A DNA stretch of 64,000 nt from Octopus sinensis (taxonomy: Eukaryota). Of this stretch, positions 26,370 through 38,050 are shown piece after piece. The stretch covers positions 39,618,001 to 39,682,000 of the forward strand of contig NC_043009.1 of NCBI RefSeq assembly GCF_006345805.1, read 5' to 3'. Position 1 is the stretch's first letter, and every line of letters begins with the position of its first letter. The notes below the pieces were generated by a model. It had not been told where the DNA came from and made no database searches. It was given only the letters and a program-made list of their open reading frames with translations. The translations under genes and the position numbers were made by a program.

Positions 26370-28051
26370 CTCGTCAGTCCACTAATTGTCTCATTTCGAG
26401 CCCGTCTCGTTTGTTATGTTTTGTTCCCACTTTCCGGCAAGTTTCTTCCAGAGTGGAAGCAATCTTATCGATAATGGCAATGCCAATCTCCAGTGTGTGC
26501 CAATCTGTTGTAAAATCTCCAGATGTAAACATCATCTCGAAACTGTCATAATAGATCCTCAATATTTTGATTACTTTGTCTGGAAGTTGTCCATGGCTGT
26601 CATCAGTAATTCGTGTGGCACTAAGCCATATGCATTAGCTAGGTCAAGCCAAGCCACGTTCAAGTTTCTCTTATTTTGTTTGGCATCCTGGATCGCTTTC
26701 CAAATCGAGAAACAATATCCAAGGCATCCAGGGATCCCAAAGATTCCGGCCTTTTGAACAGATTCATCAACATATCCATTGCACTGTAAATATGTCGCTG
26801 TTCTCGAGAGAATTCCCATAAAGATCTTGCCTCCCACATTCAATAAGGTTATCGGCCTAAACTGTTTTATATTTTCTGCATTGGCCTCCTTCGGCAGGTA
26901 AATGCGTTTTGCCTTACACGTATCGAAGTAGAAGAAGGAGCTTCTTTCGCAGACGATTGTAATAATTATATAATTTATACGAGACGTCATTACCTCCTGG
27001 GGCATTCTTTGCCCTAGCTTTTTTTACGAAATCATTCACTTCTTTCTCCCTGGTGTCCCCAATTTGAAATTCGATATCAGGTTCTAAGAGATGCTTAATC
27101 CCATTTAGAGGTGGCAATGGCTAGTTACGATGCGGATTGCTGTAGGTTTCTTTGATATAAGCGTCCAATTCGTTTTTCGTGCACGATAAAGTGCCACTCT
27201 TCGGTTCAATGAACAGATTTTTTAGTAACCCCGTACAGGTCCTTCAGAAACTGCCCCTAAGTCCTTTTACTTTCCTTTCGTCGCTCATATCGGTAGATAT
27301 GTCATGGCACATAACCGCATTTCCTTTTCAAATCGTCGTGCAGCAGCGCGAGGACAGGCTTTTCGTCTTCCTCAGTATATTTCCATCGCTTTCTTTGGCT
27401 GGTCTTTTCCTTCTTCAACTGTTTCATTTCCTGATCCTCTTGCTTGGTCCACATTTTCCATTCGCTAATCGGATAGTATCTTTCACTCAAAATAATTCCT
27501 TTCCTGTATCGTAAATTGAGCTTGTTAAGTTTCCCAGTTTCTCCACTGTAGAGCCTGTCATTTTATAAAGAGCTCGACCTACCTTGTTTTCAAACTCTTT
27601 ATATTTTCCTTTCTCATTAGCAGCAGGCCACAGAACCCTCGGTTTCCTCTGTGTACTATCTAATGCACCAATTTCATAACCTGCACTTTCCTGTCCGGGA
27701 AGAGGTCTTTGTTGTAGCATTTATCAATCCACTGTGGTTTGAGTCCAGGGATGATTTGCCACGTGTTTTACAATCAGATGATCCACACTGCTCAGTCTTC
27801 TTCTTACAAGTCTTTCCCTGATGTATCTTCAAGCCCCTCTCGGTTGCAAAAGTCCTACGGCACAGTTCGCATCCAAAATTCTTTGCACATCGTTCGCTGC
27901 TCGAATGAATAGCCGTATTCGTATCCAAGGTCATTTCCCCACACCACCCTCTGTCATTCTCATTGGTATCTGTTACAACATTTTACAAAGGCGAGCATTG
28001 TAAGTCCGCAGCCTCCGCCAGTCTTTGCCTGGTGTCGATAGTCTTTCCCAT
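26370..28051 (-). mobile_element. HERO-clade-like RLE non-LTR retrotransposon, 5' part only, pseudogenised
   Basis: N-terminal zinc finger CELCRRTFATERGLKIHQGKTC, LWPAAN, KKARAKNAPGGNDVSYKLY, FRPITLLNVGGKIF, VDESVQKAGIFGIPGCL, VAWLDLANAYGLVPHEL and WHTLEIGIA. The VQKxG..G..GC and WLDLANAYG motifs are typical of HERO elements as I recall them. Confidence 0.85.
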
Positions 28052-28689
28052 TATTATGATTATAGAGTTTATTTGTTCAGATCTGACCTAAGAGCAAACA
28101 AGTACTAAGACGAAGACAACCTCTTTTGACTAACCGCTTGACATGATAATCTCCGAGTTATATTTCAAACCCCAGCGTTCATTCATTTATGAAATGACTA
28201 CACGCAAACACCAACATGATGGCAATGATCTAATTAACGGCTGTTAATCAGGGACGTTACACAATCTTCTCCCAATCAATATCTAATGCAACATATCTAT
28301 TATATTTAATATGTAATATTCATGCATTGCTTTCATTTATCAGATATGGCAGATTATCAAAAGCTATGCCTGATTTCATGTAACAGTTACTGATGGCGAA
28401 TTTAAATATTATTTCTTCTGTTATCATTTATTCTGGGTCATTAAATTTATAAGACGTTTTATCTGAGATTTATGGCGAAATTATTAAATTTAGAATAAGT
28501 TTCACCTACTTATTGAGTGCAAAGAAATTTGGATTTACACCATTAAATAGTTCTACTAATATGTGTGATGTGACGGCGTCTGTTACCGACATCTTTATGG
28601 AGGTATCGTATCTAAATGCAAGCATTACACACTTTTGTCATTGATGTAGAGTGGATGATTGGCATGAGGTTGCCGACGAGGACTATAAT

Positions 28690-28695
28690 GATGAC

Positions 28696-28734
<39 letters not shown>

Positions 28735-29090
28735 AAAGCAGAGAGGGGTTATGATATGATGATAAAGATTATGATAATGATGAGAAGAATGATTATGATG
28801 AAAATGAGGATAATGATGATGAGGAGGAGGAGGACGACTACGACGACGATCAAGATGATATTCTTGATGATGATGGTGATGATAATGTTTATGGCAATGA
28901 TGATGATGATGATGATGACGACGACGATGATGGCGGCGGTGGTGGTGGTGGTGGCGGAGTTAGTATTAGCAGTGGTGATGACGAAGATGTGGAATGTGCT
29001 TCTGCTCCTGATACTGATGATTATGACGACGACGACAAACGATAAAGATCATTCTGTTGATAACTATAATGATGATGATGATGACATACT
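28690..29090. repeat. Compound (GAT)n/(GAC)n/(GGT)n low-complexity array
   Basis: Directly visible. Confidence 0.93.
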
Positions 29091-29304
29091 TCTGATATAA
29101 AATATGTAGTTCCATTTCGTTCGGTTTTTAAAATATACATTTAGAAATTTTTAAAATGTATTTTTTTTTAGAGGATGTTGAAGTTTGCCAGACTTTAAAT
29201 TGCTGATTGCTTAATGTTTTAGATGTTACAATTCCAGCTACTCAGAAAGCACACAATCATACGCACACGCATATGCAAAAATGTGTGTGTGTGTGTGTAT
29301 GTAT

Positions 29305-29360
<56 letters not shown>

Positions 29361-29484
29361 ATATACATATGTATATGTGTGTGTACATTATATGTATGCA
29401 TGCACATATATAAATATACAACATATATGTATTTGTGTGTTTGTATATGTATGTATGTATATGTGTATGTATATATATCAATCA

Positions 29485-29517
<33 letters not shown>

Positions 29518-30719
29518 CGCACTCACATCTGCACATCTGCATATGTATGTTTTCGTCGAGCGAATTCCAATTTATTCCGGTTTTCACATTTATTTTGGGA
29601 TTTTTACAATTTTTCAATATTACATATTACAATATCAGTTTCAAGTTTTGGTACGGGACCAGAAATTATTGTCAGAAATGTATAAGTGGTTTACATTGAC
29701 CCGAATGCTCAAATGTTACTTATATCTTATCAATCCCGAACTGATGAAAGACAGAGTTCGCCTCGGTAGAATTTGAACTCAATTACATATTATGATATTA
29801 CAAGAACATTCATGTTTTATTGAAACAACAAAGTAAAACGTGCATTACTTTAACATATAAGCAGTGCCGTACATCTGTTGTTATTAACAATCTTCAGGTA
29901 AATGTTTATATAGCCACAGTATTACAAAAGGACATATTCTGTTCCATATTTGACAACTGTACTGAGAAACCCGAGTTAACTGTTTGATGAACGTGGTAGC
30001 ACAATTAACAATGATCGCATTTATGCATAGAAATATTTTAACCAATGAAAGACATTTCAGGTTAACACCGTCAATATTACTATTATTTTTGAGCAAAATT
30101 ACATTGAAATCAGTATTTATATTCTAATTATTATTATTGACTATTCAGATAAAGTTTAAGCTTTTTAATACGGTTCCTCACTATTATTCTTCTTCAAACT
30201 ACCCTGGATTGTAAAGTTTGGGAAATGGGAACATTAAAAACCTTTTCTAATCGTATGTTCTTAAATGATCGCTTAATGGGATCTGACAAAGACTTTTCTC
30301 TCGAATTTGTTTCGATTATAAGTTTCCTGCCTGGCCAATATATATGTCTTCATAATTCGGGAATTTAATATAGTCGACCACATTTCTGCTTTTACGGTTC
30401 ATATTTGCATTTGGAAATATCCATCTAATTTTTGAATTGATACACTGGCTGGTTTGCATGAACTGAGATATACTAGACGATCGTCATGTCATATGAGTAC
30501 CATGAATGCTTTAGCATTGCCGTTTAAGCCAACAATTTCAGTTATCTTTGATAGGAGTAAACGAGTGTTTGTGTATATTTTTTTTTTAAGAAAAAGATGG
30601 TAATTGTGTTCGGGAATACTAAACAGATAAATAGCTAAGATCATGTCTCCTTGATTGTTCACGGAGAGACTGTGAAAGACTAAGCTGAAGATCGAGAATT
30701 ATTGGGTTGAGTAATGATC

Positions 30720-31102
30720 TGATGGAAGCACTCCGTAGGTTACGACGATGAGGGTTCCGGTTGATCCGAATCAACGGAACAGCCTGCTCGTGAAATTAAC
30801 GTGTAAGTGGCTGAGCACTCCACAGACACGTGCACCCTTAACGTAGTTCTCGGGGATATTCAGCGTGACACAGAGAGTGACAAGGCCGGCCCCTTGAAAT
30901 ACAGGTATAACAGAAACAGGAAGTAAGAGAAAGTTTTGGTGAAAGAGTACAGCAGGGATCACCACCATCCCCTGCCGCAGCCTCGTGGAGCTTTTTTAGG
31001 TGTTTTCGCTCAATAAACACTCACAACGCCCGGTCTGGGAATCGAAACCGCGATCCTATGACCGCGAATCCGCTGCCCTAACCACTGGGCCATTGCATCT
31101 CC
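30720..31102 (-). mobile_element. tRNA-derived SINE family C variant, well-preserved full length
   Basis: Minus strand reads ggagatgcaatggcccagtggttagggcagcggattcgcgg...ggtttcgattccc, with A/B boxes and a long 3' body. Confidence 0.92.
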
Positions 31103-31320
31103 AAGGGTTGAGTAATACACAAAGCGGAAATAGAATTAAACGTGAGAACAGTTGCTGTAAAAAATATTCCCAAAATTCTTAAATATAAAAGTGAAAGAGT
31201 CTCTCCTATAATTTTGGGTTGCAGTCGCGCATTCTAAGCTTAATATAAGTTAAGTCGAGGTACAGGTAAAGAGTCGTTTGGATGGTTGGATCTGATGAAG
31301 ATTATGGTATTGGAAGAGAC

Positions 31321-31559
31321 AAGGCGGCGAGCTGGCAGAAACGTTAGCACGCCGGGCGAAATGCTTAGCCGTATTTCGTCTGCCGCTACGTTCTGAGTTC
31401 AAATTCCGCCGAGGTCGACTTTGCCTTTCATCGTTTTGAGGTCGATTTAATAGGTACCAGTTACGCACTGGGGTCGATATAATCGACTTAATCCGTTTGT
31501 CTGCCCTTGTTTTTCCACTCTGCGTTTAGCCCCTTGTGGGTAGTAAAGAAATAGGTATT
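31321..31559 (+). mobile_element. tRNA-derived SINE family A, well-preserved single-unit copy
   Basis: aaggcggcgagctggcagaaacgttagc...gttctgagttcaaattcc...gtcgactttgcctttcatc...gtagtaaagaaataggtatt. Confidence 0.93.
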
Positions 31560-31897
31560 GGAACAGAGTGACCGGGCGAGTAAACGTGTGGCAGACAAAC
31601 AACCGCTCAATTTAAAAGTTGAGAAACATTATTTTTAATGCATATAAATTTTGCACCATGTATTGAGTGTTATTGCTTTTCAATGGAAAACGAAAACGTG
31701 ATATGTACATACGTGCATACAAACACACATACATCATATGTAGCTATGTATGAATGTTTGTATATATGTATACATATACATATATATATATATATATGCA
31801 TGTATAGATATATATGTGTGTGTTTATATTTATATACATACCTACCTATATATGTACACACATACCTACCTACATACACGCACAGATATAATGTGTG

Positions 31898-31938
<41 letters not shown>

Positions 31939-32566
31939 ATATATAAGTGATTGAAGGCTGGATAAATAGACGATAGATTTAGGTGTGTATGTGAGTGTGT
32001 GTGTGTATTTGGAAGAAAGATACAGAAAGATAAAGAAAATGTGTGCGTATATATTCGTTCACATACATATATAACGATATCTATATATCTATTTATAAGT
32101 ATGCACGTACGTATCATTTACGTAAGAAAAGTTATAAGTCTATTCAAATTATCATATTTAATATACAGTAAATTTGATTCCATTGTGATTTTTTTTTTCA
32201 CACATATTTTTAGCTAGTGTTGTTTCCTGTATTTGCGATTTCGAGTTGCTGATAAATATTTTAAAACTTTAAAAATTTAACTGATTACAATATATATGTA
32301 ATGCAGATTATATCATATTATATCATAGGCAGCAAAATCTTTTATAACACACAAACACACACACGCACATAGACACACATATATATATACACAGAGAGAA
32401 ATACTTATATACACATATATACATATTTATGCACGTAGGTTTGTATCTCTGTTCATATATATATACACACATATGTATTTGTAGGTATACACAAATAAAA
32501 AAACATATACGCGTGTATACACACACACACACATACACACACACACACATACACACACACACATAT

Positions 32567-32599
<33 letters not shown>

Positions 32600-32612
32600 T
32601 AATATATACACA

Positions 32613-34075
32613 TACATGTGAGGGGAAGTCAAGAATTGTTCGCACTTTCACCAAAAGTTTATGTTGGCCGTGCAGCCTCGAGTTCGCGTGCTCAAATGTG
32701 ATACCATTGTAGTTACGTAACCTATGTTTGACCGTGTTCTATCTAGTTTGTGTTACGGAGTTAACATGGCCGCTCCTCTGGCAGTGTACACGAAAGAAGA
32801 TCAGCGATCCAATTGGTAAAGTTGCGTGAGTGGCTGAAATTCGTCGCGCTCTACCGCACATATCTCTCGTTACTCTTTACTCTCTACTCTTTTACTTGTT
32901 TCAGTCAGTTGACTCCGGTCATGCTGGAGCACCGCCTTTAGTCGAGCAAATCGACCCCGGGACTTATTCTTTGTAAGCCCAGTACTTATTCTATTGGGTC
33001 TCTTTTGCCGAATCGCTAAGTGACGGGGACATAAACACACCAGCATCGGTTGTCAAGCAATGCTTGGGGGACAAACACAGACACCCAAACATACACGCAC
33101 ACACATATATATATACATATATAAGACGGGCTTCTTTCAGTTTCCGTCTATCAAATCCACTCACAAGGCTTTGGTCGGCCCGCGGCTATGGTAGAAGACA
33201 CTTGCCCAAGGTGCAACTCAGTGGGACTGAACCCGGAACCATGTGGTTGGTAAGCAAGCTACTTACCACACAGCCACTCCTGCGCCTATGTATGAATGGT
33301 TCGAAAAGTTTAGAAATGACCGGCATGCATGAAGCACGAAGAGGAAGCAGGACAGCCATCAACTGCTGCCACTGAAGTGAATATTCAAAAGGCTGAAGAG
33401 ATGATTCTGGCGAACAGACGAGTGACTATCAATGAGGCAATTCGTTCTCTGCAAATTGGCCGTGGTTTTGCATAGGAAATCATCTACGACAATCTTCACT
33501 TCCGTAAAGTCTTAAATATCGGTACCAAGAAAGCTTTCTGAAGCGCAAAGTGCAACTGTCTGATGTATAAACACTTATTCGATCTCTAAAAGGAGGTAGG
33601 CGAAACTTTCTTGAATAGAATAGTCAGAAGAGATGAGACCTGGGTCCATCACTTTGAGCCAGAATCAAAAAGGAAGAGTCTGGATTGGATATGCCCGGAA
33701 TATCCAGCGTAAAAGAAACTCAAGAATCAATCAACTGGACAAAAATTAATGTTAATCGTTTTTTTTTTTTTCGGACGCAAAGGGTCTATACTGGAAAAGG
33801 GGTCTACAGTCACCAATGAAATGCTGGTCAACAAACTGAAACCACCAATTTACACCAAACTCCGAGCTCTATTGTCAAAACAAGTGTTTTTGTTGCACAA
33901 CATTGCAGGCCCACATACGGCTGCACACACTGTTGAAACCATTGAAAAATTGAGTTGCAAGTTAGCAAAACACATTGTAGTTGCCTTGCAATGAATGGCA
34001 ATAGGTGGTTCATCACTCAGCAAATAGATATACATTAGAAAGAAAGAATGAAGAAGCAATATATGTGATATCGCT
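32613..34075 (+). mobile_element. mariner (DD34D) remnant interrupted by a SINE
   Basis: TIR-like gaggggaagtcaagaattgttcgcact, then MAAPLAVYTKEDQR, YEWFEKFRN, MILANRRVTINE, RDETWVHHFEPESKR and LLHNIAGPHTAAHTVETIEKL. Confidence 0.9.
32864..33286 (-). mobile_element. CORE-like SINE family B, full length, nested in mariner
   Basis: Near-identical to the reverse complement of 49803-50212. Confidence 0.95.
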
Positions 34076-34545
34076 TCAGAGCATGTGCTTTATGATCCAA
34101 ATATAGTTGTTAGGGTAAATAAGGGATCAAGAAGTTGCACATAAAATCTCTTACAGAATAGCTATGCATATGGTGCATGTCTCTTTGAGCACAGATTTTC
34201 ATATCAAAGCTAACTATAACATGTTCAGAGAGAAAGTGTTAACGAATATCCTTAATAAAGGATATTAGTATTTAGTAGTTCCCTTATCAAGAGATTAAAT
34301 ATCATTGATAAGAGATATTAGAAGATACATTTCCATCATCGAAAGATAGAAATGCTAAGAGAAATATTTCCTCTCTGAAGAAGGCATAGCTAGCTTCTAT
34401 ATGGAAATCTTTGCTCAATTAGATATGCACCATGTGCAGAATTATTCTGAAAACAGCTATAAGAGATTTTATGAACAACTTTTTAATCGCTTGTTTACAA
34501 TTTGCAATTATGCCGTCGACAGAGATAGTAACAGCGGCTGTCTGT
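34068..34545 (+). pseudogene. Decayed coding-like block or exon of unknown family
   Basis: The last 62 codons (34359-34545) are open, EKYFLSEEGIASFYMEIFAQLDMHHVQNYSENSYKRFYEQLFNRLFTICNYAVDRDSNSGCL, and end at a T|GTAAGT donor. Upstream pieces need frameshifts and two stops. Confidence 0.4.
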
Positions 34546-34554
34546 GTAAGTGAT

Positions 34555-35270
34555 GGCATGGATCAAGATGTATCGCATCTTTTTTTGTATCACATCTTCT
34601 AATGTTGCAGATGCTGTGTACAGGATAGTCTCCCTGAGCAGAAACCATGCTTTGTGTCAGGGGACAAGTCATTGTTTCCTAAAAACCTGATCAGCTTCCT
34701 CCTGACAATGTGTTCCATGACTCTGTGGACATGTGGATTTAGTGAAACTGACTTATAATTTTTAGCATCCGCTCTACTACCTCTTTTGTGGATAGGAGAT
34801 TGTATGCTTTTATCTAAGGCATGATCTGCAATGGTTTTGCCAGAATCCCTTTCTATTTCTTCAGGAGAATTGCTGGGAATGCATCAGGTTCTGTGACTGA
34901 GTTTAAGACCATGCCATCAATGTCTGATATTTCAGCAATATCCTCTATTTCGATGTTATCTTTGTGTAGGGCTGTGGTGTTGACGAACCCATCGGGCATA
35001 GCTATTTGAAAGTGTCCCATCGGGGTTTTGAAAACATTCCTTACAGTCAGTGATCAATTCTCTTCTAATAGTGGCCCTATCTTATATAATACGAAAGAAA
35101 ACTCTTTTGCAAATCTATAGCAGGTTTCATGGTTTGCCTTTACAATTCTTACAGCCCTTACCCTCTCCTTTTTATAGAAGCGTTTAAGTTCAATTTCAAT
35201 CTCAATTTGTTTGACATAGCATTCTTCACATTCCATTAGTGACCCACCCATTTTGACGTTTTGAAATCTT
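34555..35270 (-). mobile_element. CR1-clade LINE RT fragment
   Basis: YRFAK...KIGPLLEEN, DAFPAILLKK, PIHKRGSRADAKNYKSVSL, VMEHIVRRKLIRFLGNNDL and HGFCSG. Confidence 0.85.
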
Positions 35271-35367
35271 TGCTTATCGTCTTATATATATTAATATATA
35301 TATGTATACTTTGATACTTTGATAGGTTTCGGCCATTATTGGCTAGGCCATGTCTAACTTAATAGCA

Positions 35368-35423
<56 letters not shown>

Positions 35424-35529
35424 TATAAACATATATATGTGTATGTGTGTATGTGTGCGTGTGCGTGTGCGTGCGTGTGTGTATTTGTGAATGTAAGAAT
35501 ATGGTGTGTATATTTATAAATTTAAATAA

Positions 35530-35855
35530 TAAGGGTGAAAAATTGAATATTAATTTAATATTAATTTAAAACCAGTGGCCTAGCATATTGAAAAAATCTG
35601 AAGATTCAGAAAAATTATATTATATACATAAAGGGGGGGTGACCACTAAGTGGACATCCATCATGCTAGAAGTAGACCCGCTATGGTCTTACCACTAAGA
35701 AAATATTGCTCTCAAGAAAATTCAGCAAATACCAGAACGTAAGCGAGCAAGACAAAAGATACAAAATATAATATTTTGTAACAATCTTTTCTTAGTGGTA
35801 AGACTATAAGGGGTCTACTTCTAGCATAAGGGATGTCCATAGTGTTCATCCCTCT
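35530..35855. repeat. Inverted-repeat cassette 1 (arms about 35634-35703 and 35787-35853)
   Basis: ...atgctagaagtagacccgctatggtcttaccactaagaaaa versus ttttcttagtggtaagactataaggggtctacttctagcat... Confidence 0.9.
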
Positions 35856-35889
35856 CATATGTATGTTTACATCGATATATTATATATAT

Positions 35890-36488
35890 ATATCAACAAT
35901 TGAGGGCAAAAATTAATTAATTATTAATCAATTTCACCAAGTGTTCAGTATTGCAAAGGGACCATTCAAGGCGAATTCAAATTATTACATTATATAAAAG
36001 GGCTTAGTAAAATAAATTACTTTGCCGGCATACTGAACTCTTAGAAATAGCAGCTAAAAAACTTTTTTAAGATATTTCTAATACTTAAAGAAAATCTCTC
36101 TCATATATAGTGTTTGCTTATTTCAACTCACAAAAGTTTGGGGGTAAGGACATCGAAAAATCAAATGCTAAGGTTATTGAGAACGTACGTTTAAAGATTA
36201 GTCAAAACAACACTTCTATCATCAGCTCAGAAATTCCTTGGTTTGGATTTGGAAACACTGAAAATAAGAACATACCCTTTCGAAGATCTGCTCGTAACTA
36301 ACAGTGCCAACAAATTCAAATAAGCAAGCGAAGAATCTCTGTTCTCCCCTTTCCACCAGCGTGGGTTAAAATCATCAAACACTAAGTATTAGAAATAGCT
36401 TTAAAAAAGTTTTTTAGCTGCTATTTCTAATGAGTTCAGTATGCGGCAAAGTAATTTATTTTACTAAGCCCTTTTATATAATGTAATA
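35890..36488. repeat. Inverted-repeat cassette 2 (arms 35983-36087 and 36383-36488, 295-nt spacer)
   Basis: The ~105-nt arms are near-perfect reverse complements (tattacattatataaaagggcttagtaaaataaattactttgcc...ctaatactta). Confidence 0.95.
36111..36293 (+). CDS. Candidate exon in the spacer of cassette 2
   Basis: Acceptor ctctctcatatatag|, open for 183 nt (FAYFNSQKFGGKDIEK...PFRRSA), with donors at 36144 (gtaagg) and 36294 (gtaact). The phase is compatible with the 34545 donor. Confidence 0.25.
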
Positions 36489-36489
36489 T

Positions 36490-36500
36490 ATAATATATAA

Positions 36501-36596
<96 letters not shown>

Positions 36597-36914
36597 ACAT
36601 ACATACGTATATATATATGTGTGTATATAGTTAGAGCGTTGAAATAATTGCCTGTGCATTTCTTATGGCTGTTTACCATTTGGGTGTCCAATTCCATTTA
36701 TGATATTTCTGCTTCTCGTCCTCCGGTGTCCATAGAATAGAATAAAGTACAGCGAAGTACTGGGGTTCAAAATTATCGACGAAATCTTTCCTTCAAAATT
36801 TCTAATCTTCTACCCAAATCAGAAATACCCCCTCATATATATATATATAATATCCATATTCATAAATATGATATACGTTCTTGTATATATATATACTACA
36901 TACTACATATAATA

Positions 36915-37002
<88 letters not shown>

Positions 37003-37080
37003 TGTGTGTGTATAGTGTATATATGCACATACATATATATATATATATTATATATATATCCATATGTCATATATGTATGT
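36490..37080. repeat. (TA)n microsatellite blocks
   Basis: Directly visible. Confidence 0.93.
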
Positions 37081-37469
37081 GTTTGTATTACGTTCAGTTT
37101 TATTTCTATTTTCAAGAATTAATTTCCTGTCAGCTATTATATAACTTGCTATTGTTAACTCCAGCTAAAGTATCATTTGATATCGTCAGCGAACTCTATT
37201 CTTATATATGTACTCAGTTCAATTACCTGTGTAGTATTTCTTACGTGATTAACGTTCACTATACTTTAAGTTCGCATTTCATCTTTCTTCCGTCCTTTGT
37301 TTAAAGTCATGAAATAGGAGAGAAGAAAATAGCTTATCGCTTTTCAATTGAGTTGGTCTCATTGTTTCCGATTCTCGTTAGTCCCCTTAGTCTCTGACAG
37401 CTTATGAATAAGAAATTATATTTTAAAATGTTTCCCTGCTCGTTATTTCTGAAATTATTTATGGATTAT

Positions 37470-38050
37470 TATTATATTATTATTATTGTTATTTTTGCTA
37501 TCCTCCTCCTCCTCATCGTCATCATCATCAGCATCATCATCATCATCATCACCACCACCACCATCTCCACCACCACCAGCAGCAGCACCACCACCACCAC
37601 CTGTACCACCACCACCACCACCATCATTATCATCATCATCATCATTCTTCTTCTTCTTCCTTCTTCCTCTTCTTCTCTTCGTGATATTCGTTCATCTTTT
37701 CTTCTTCTTCTTTCCTTTCTCTTCTCTTCTTTATTTTCTTTTCTTCTTCTTCTTCTTCTTCTTCTTTATTTTCTTTTTTTTCTTCTTGTTCTTCTTCTTC
37801 TTCTTCTTTATTTTCTTCTTCTTCTTCTTCTTCTTCTTCTTCTCTCATTTTCTTCTTCTTCTTCATTTTCTTCTTTTTCTCCTTCTTCTTTTTCTTCGTT
37901 TTCTTATTCTTCATTTTCTTCTTCTTCTTCTTCATTTTCTTTTTCTTCTTCGTTTTCTTCTTCTTCATTTTCTTCTTCTTTTTCCTCTTCTTCTTCTTCT
38001 TCTTCTTTTTCTTCTTCTTCTTTTCTTCTTCTTCTTCTTCTTCTTCTTCA
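37470..38050. repeat. (CAT)n/(CAC)n then long imperfect (CTT)n array
   Basis: Directly visible. Confidence 0.96.

Noticed and set aside
28651-29100. Asp/Met-rich 149-aa ORF resembling an acidic or reflectin-like protein
   Set aside because: It is a (GAT)n-derived tract, lacks the reflectin repeat motif and is not Tyr-rich.
31030-31102. tRNA gene
   Set aside because: A and B boxes are present, but the sequence continues into a SINE body and the cloverleaf is not intact. The same applies to the other SINE heads.
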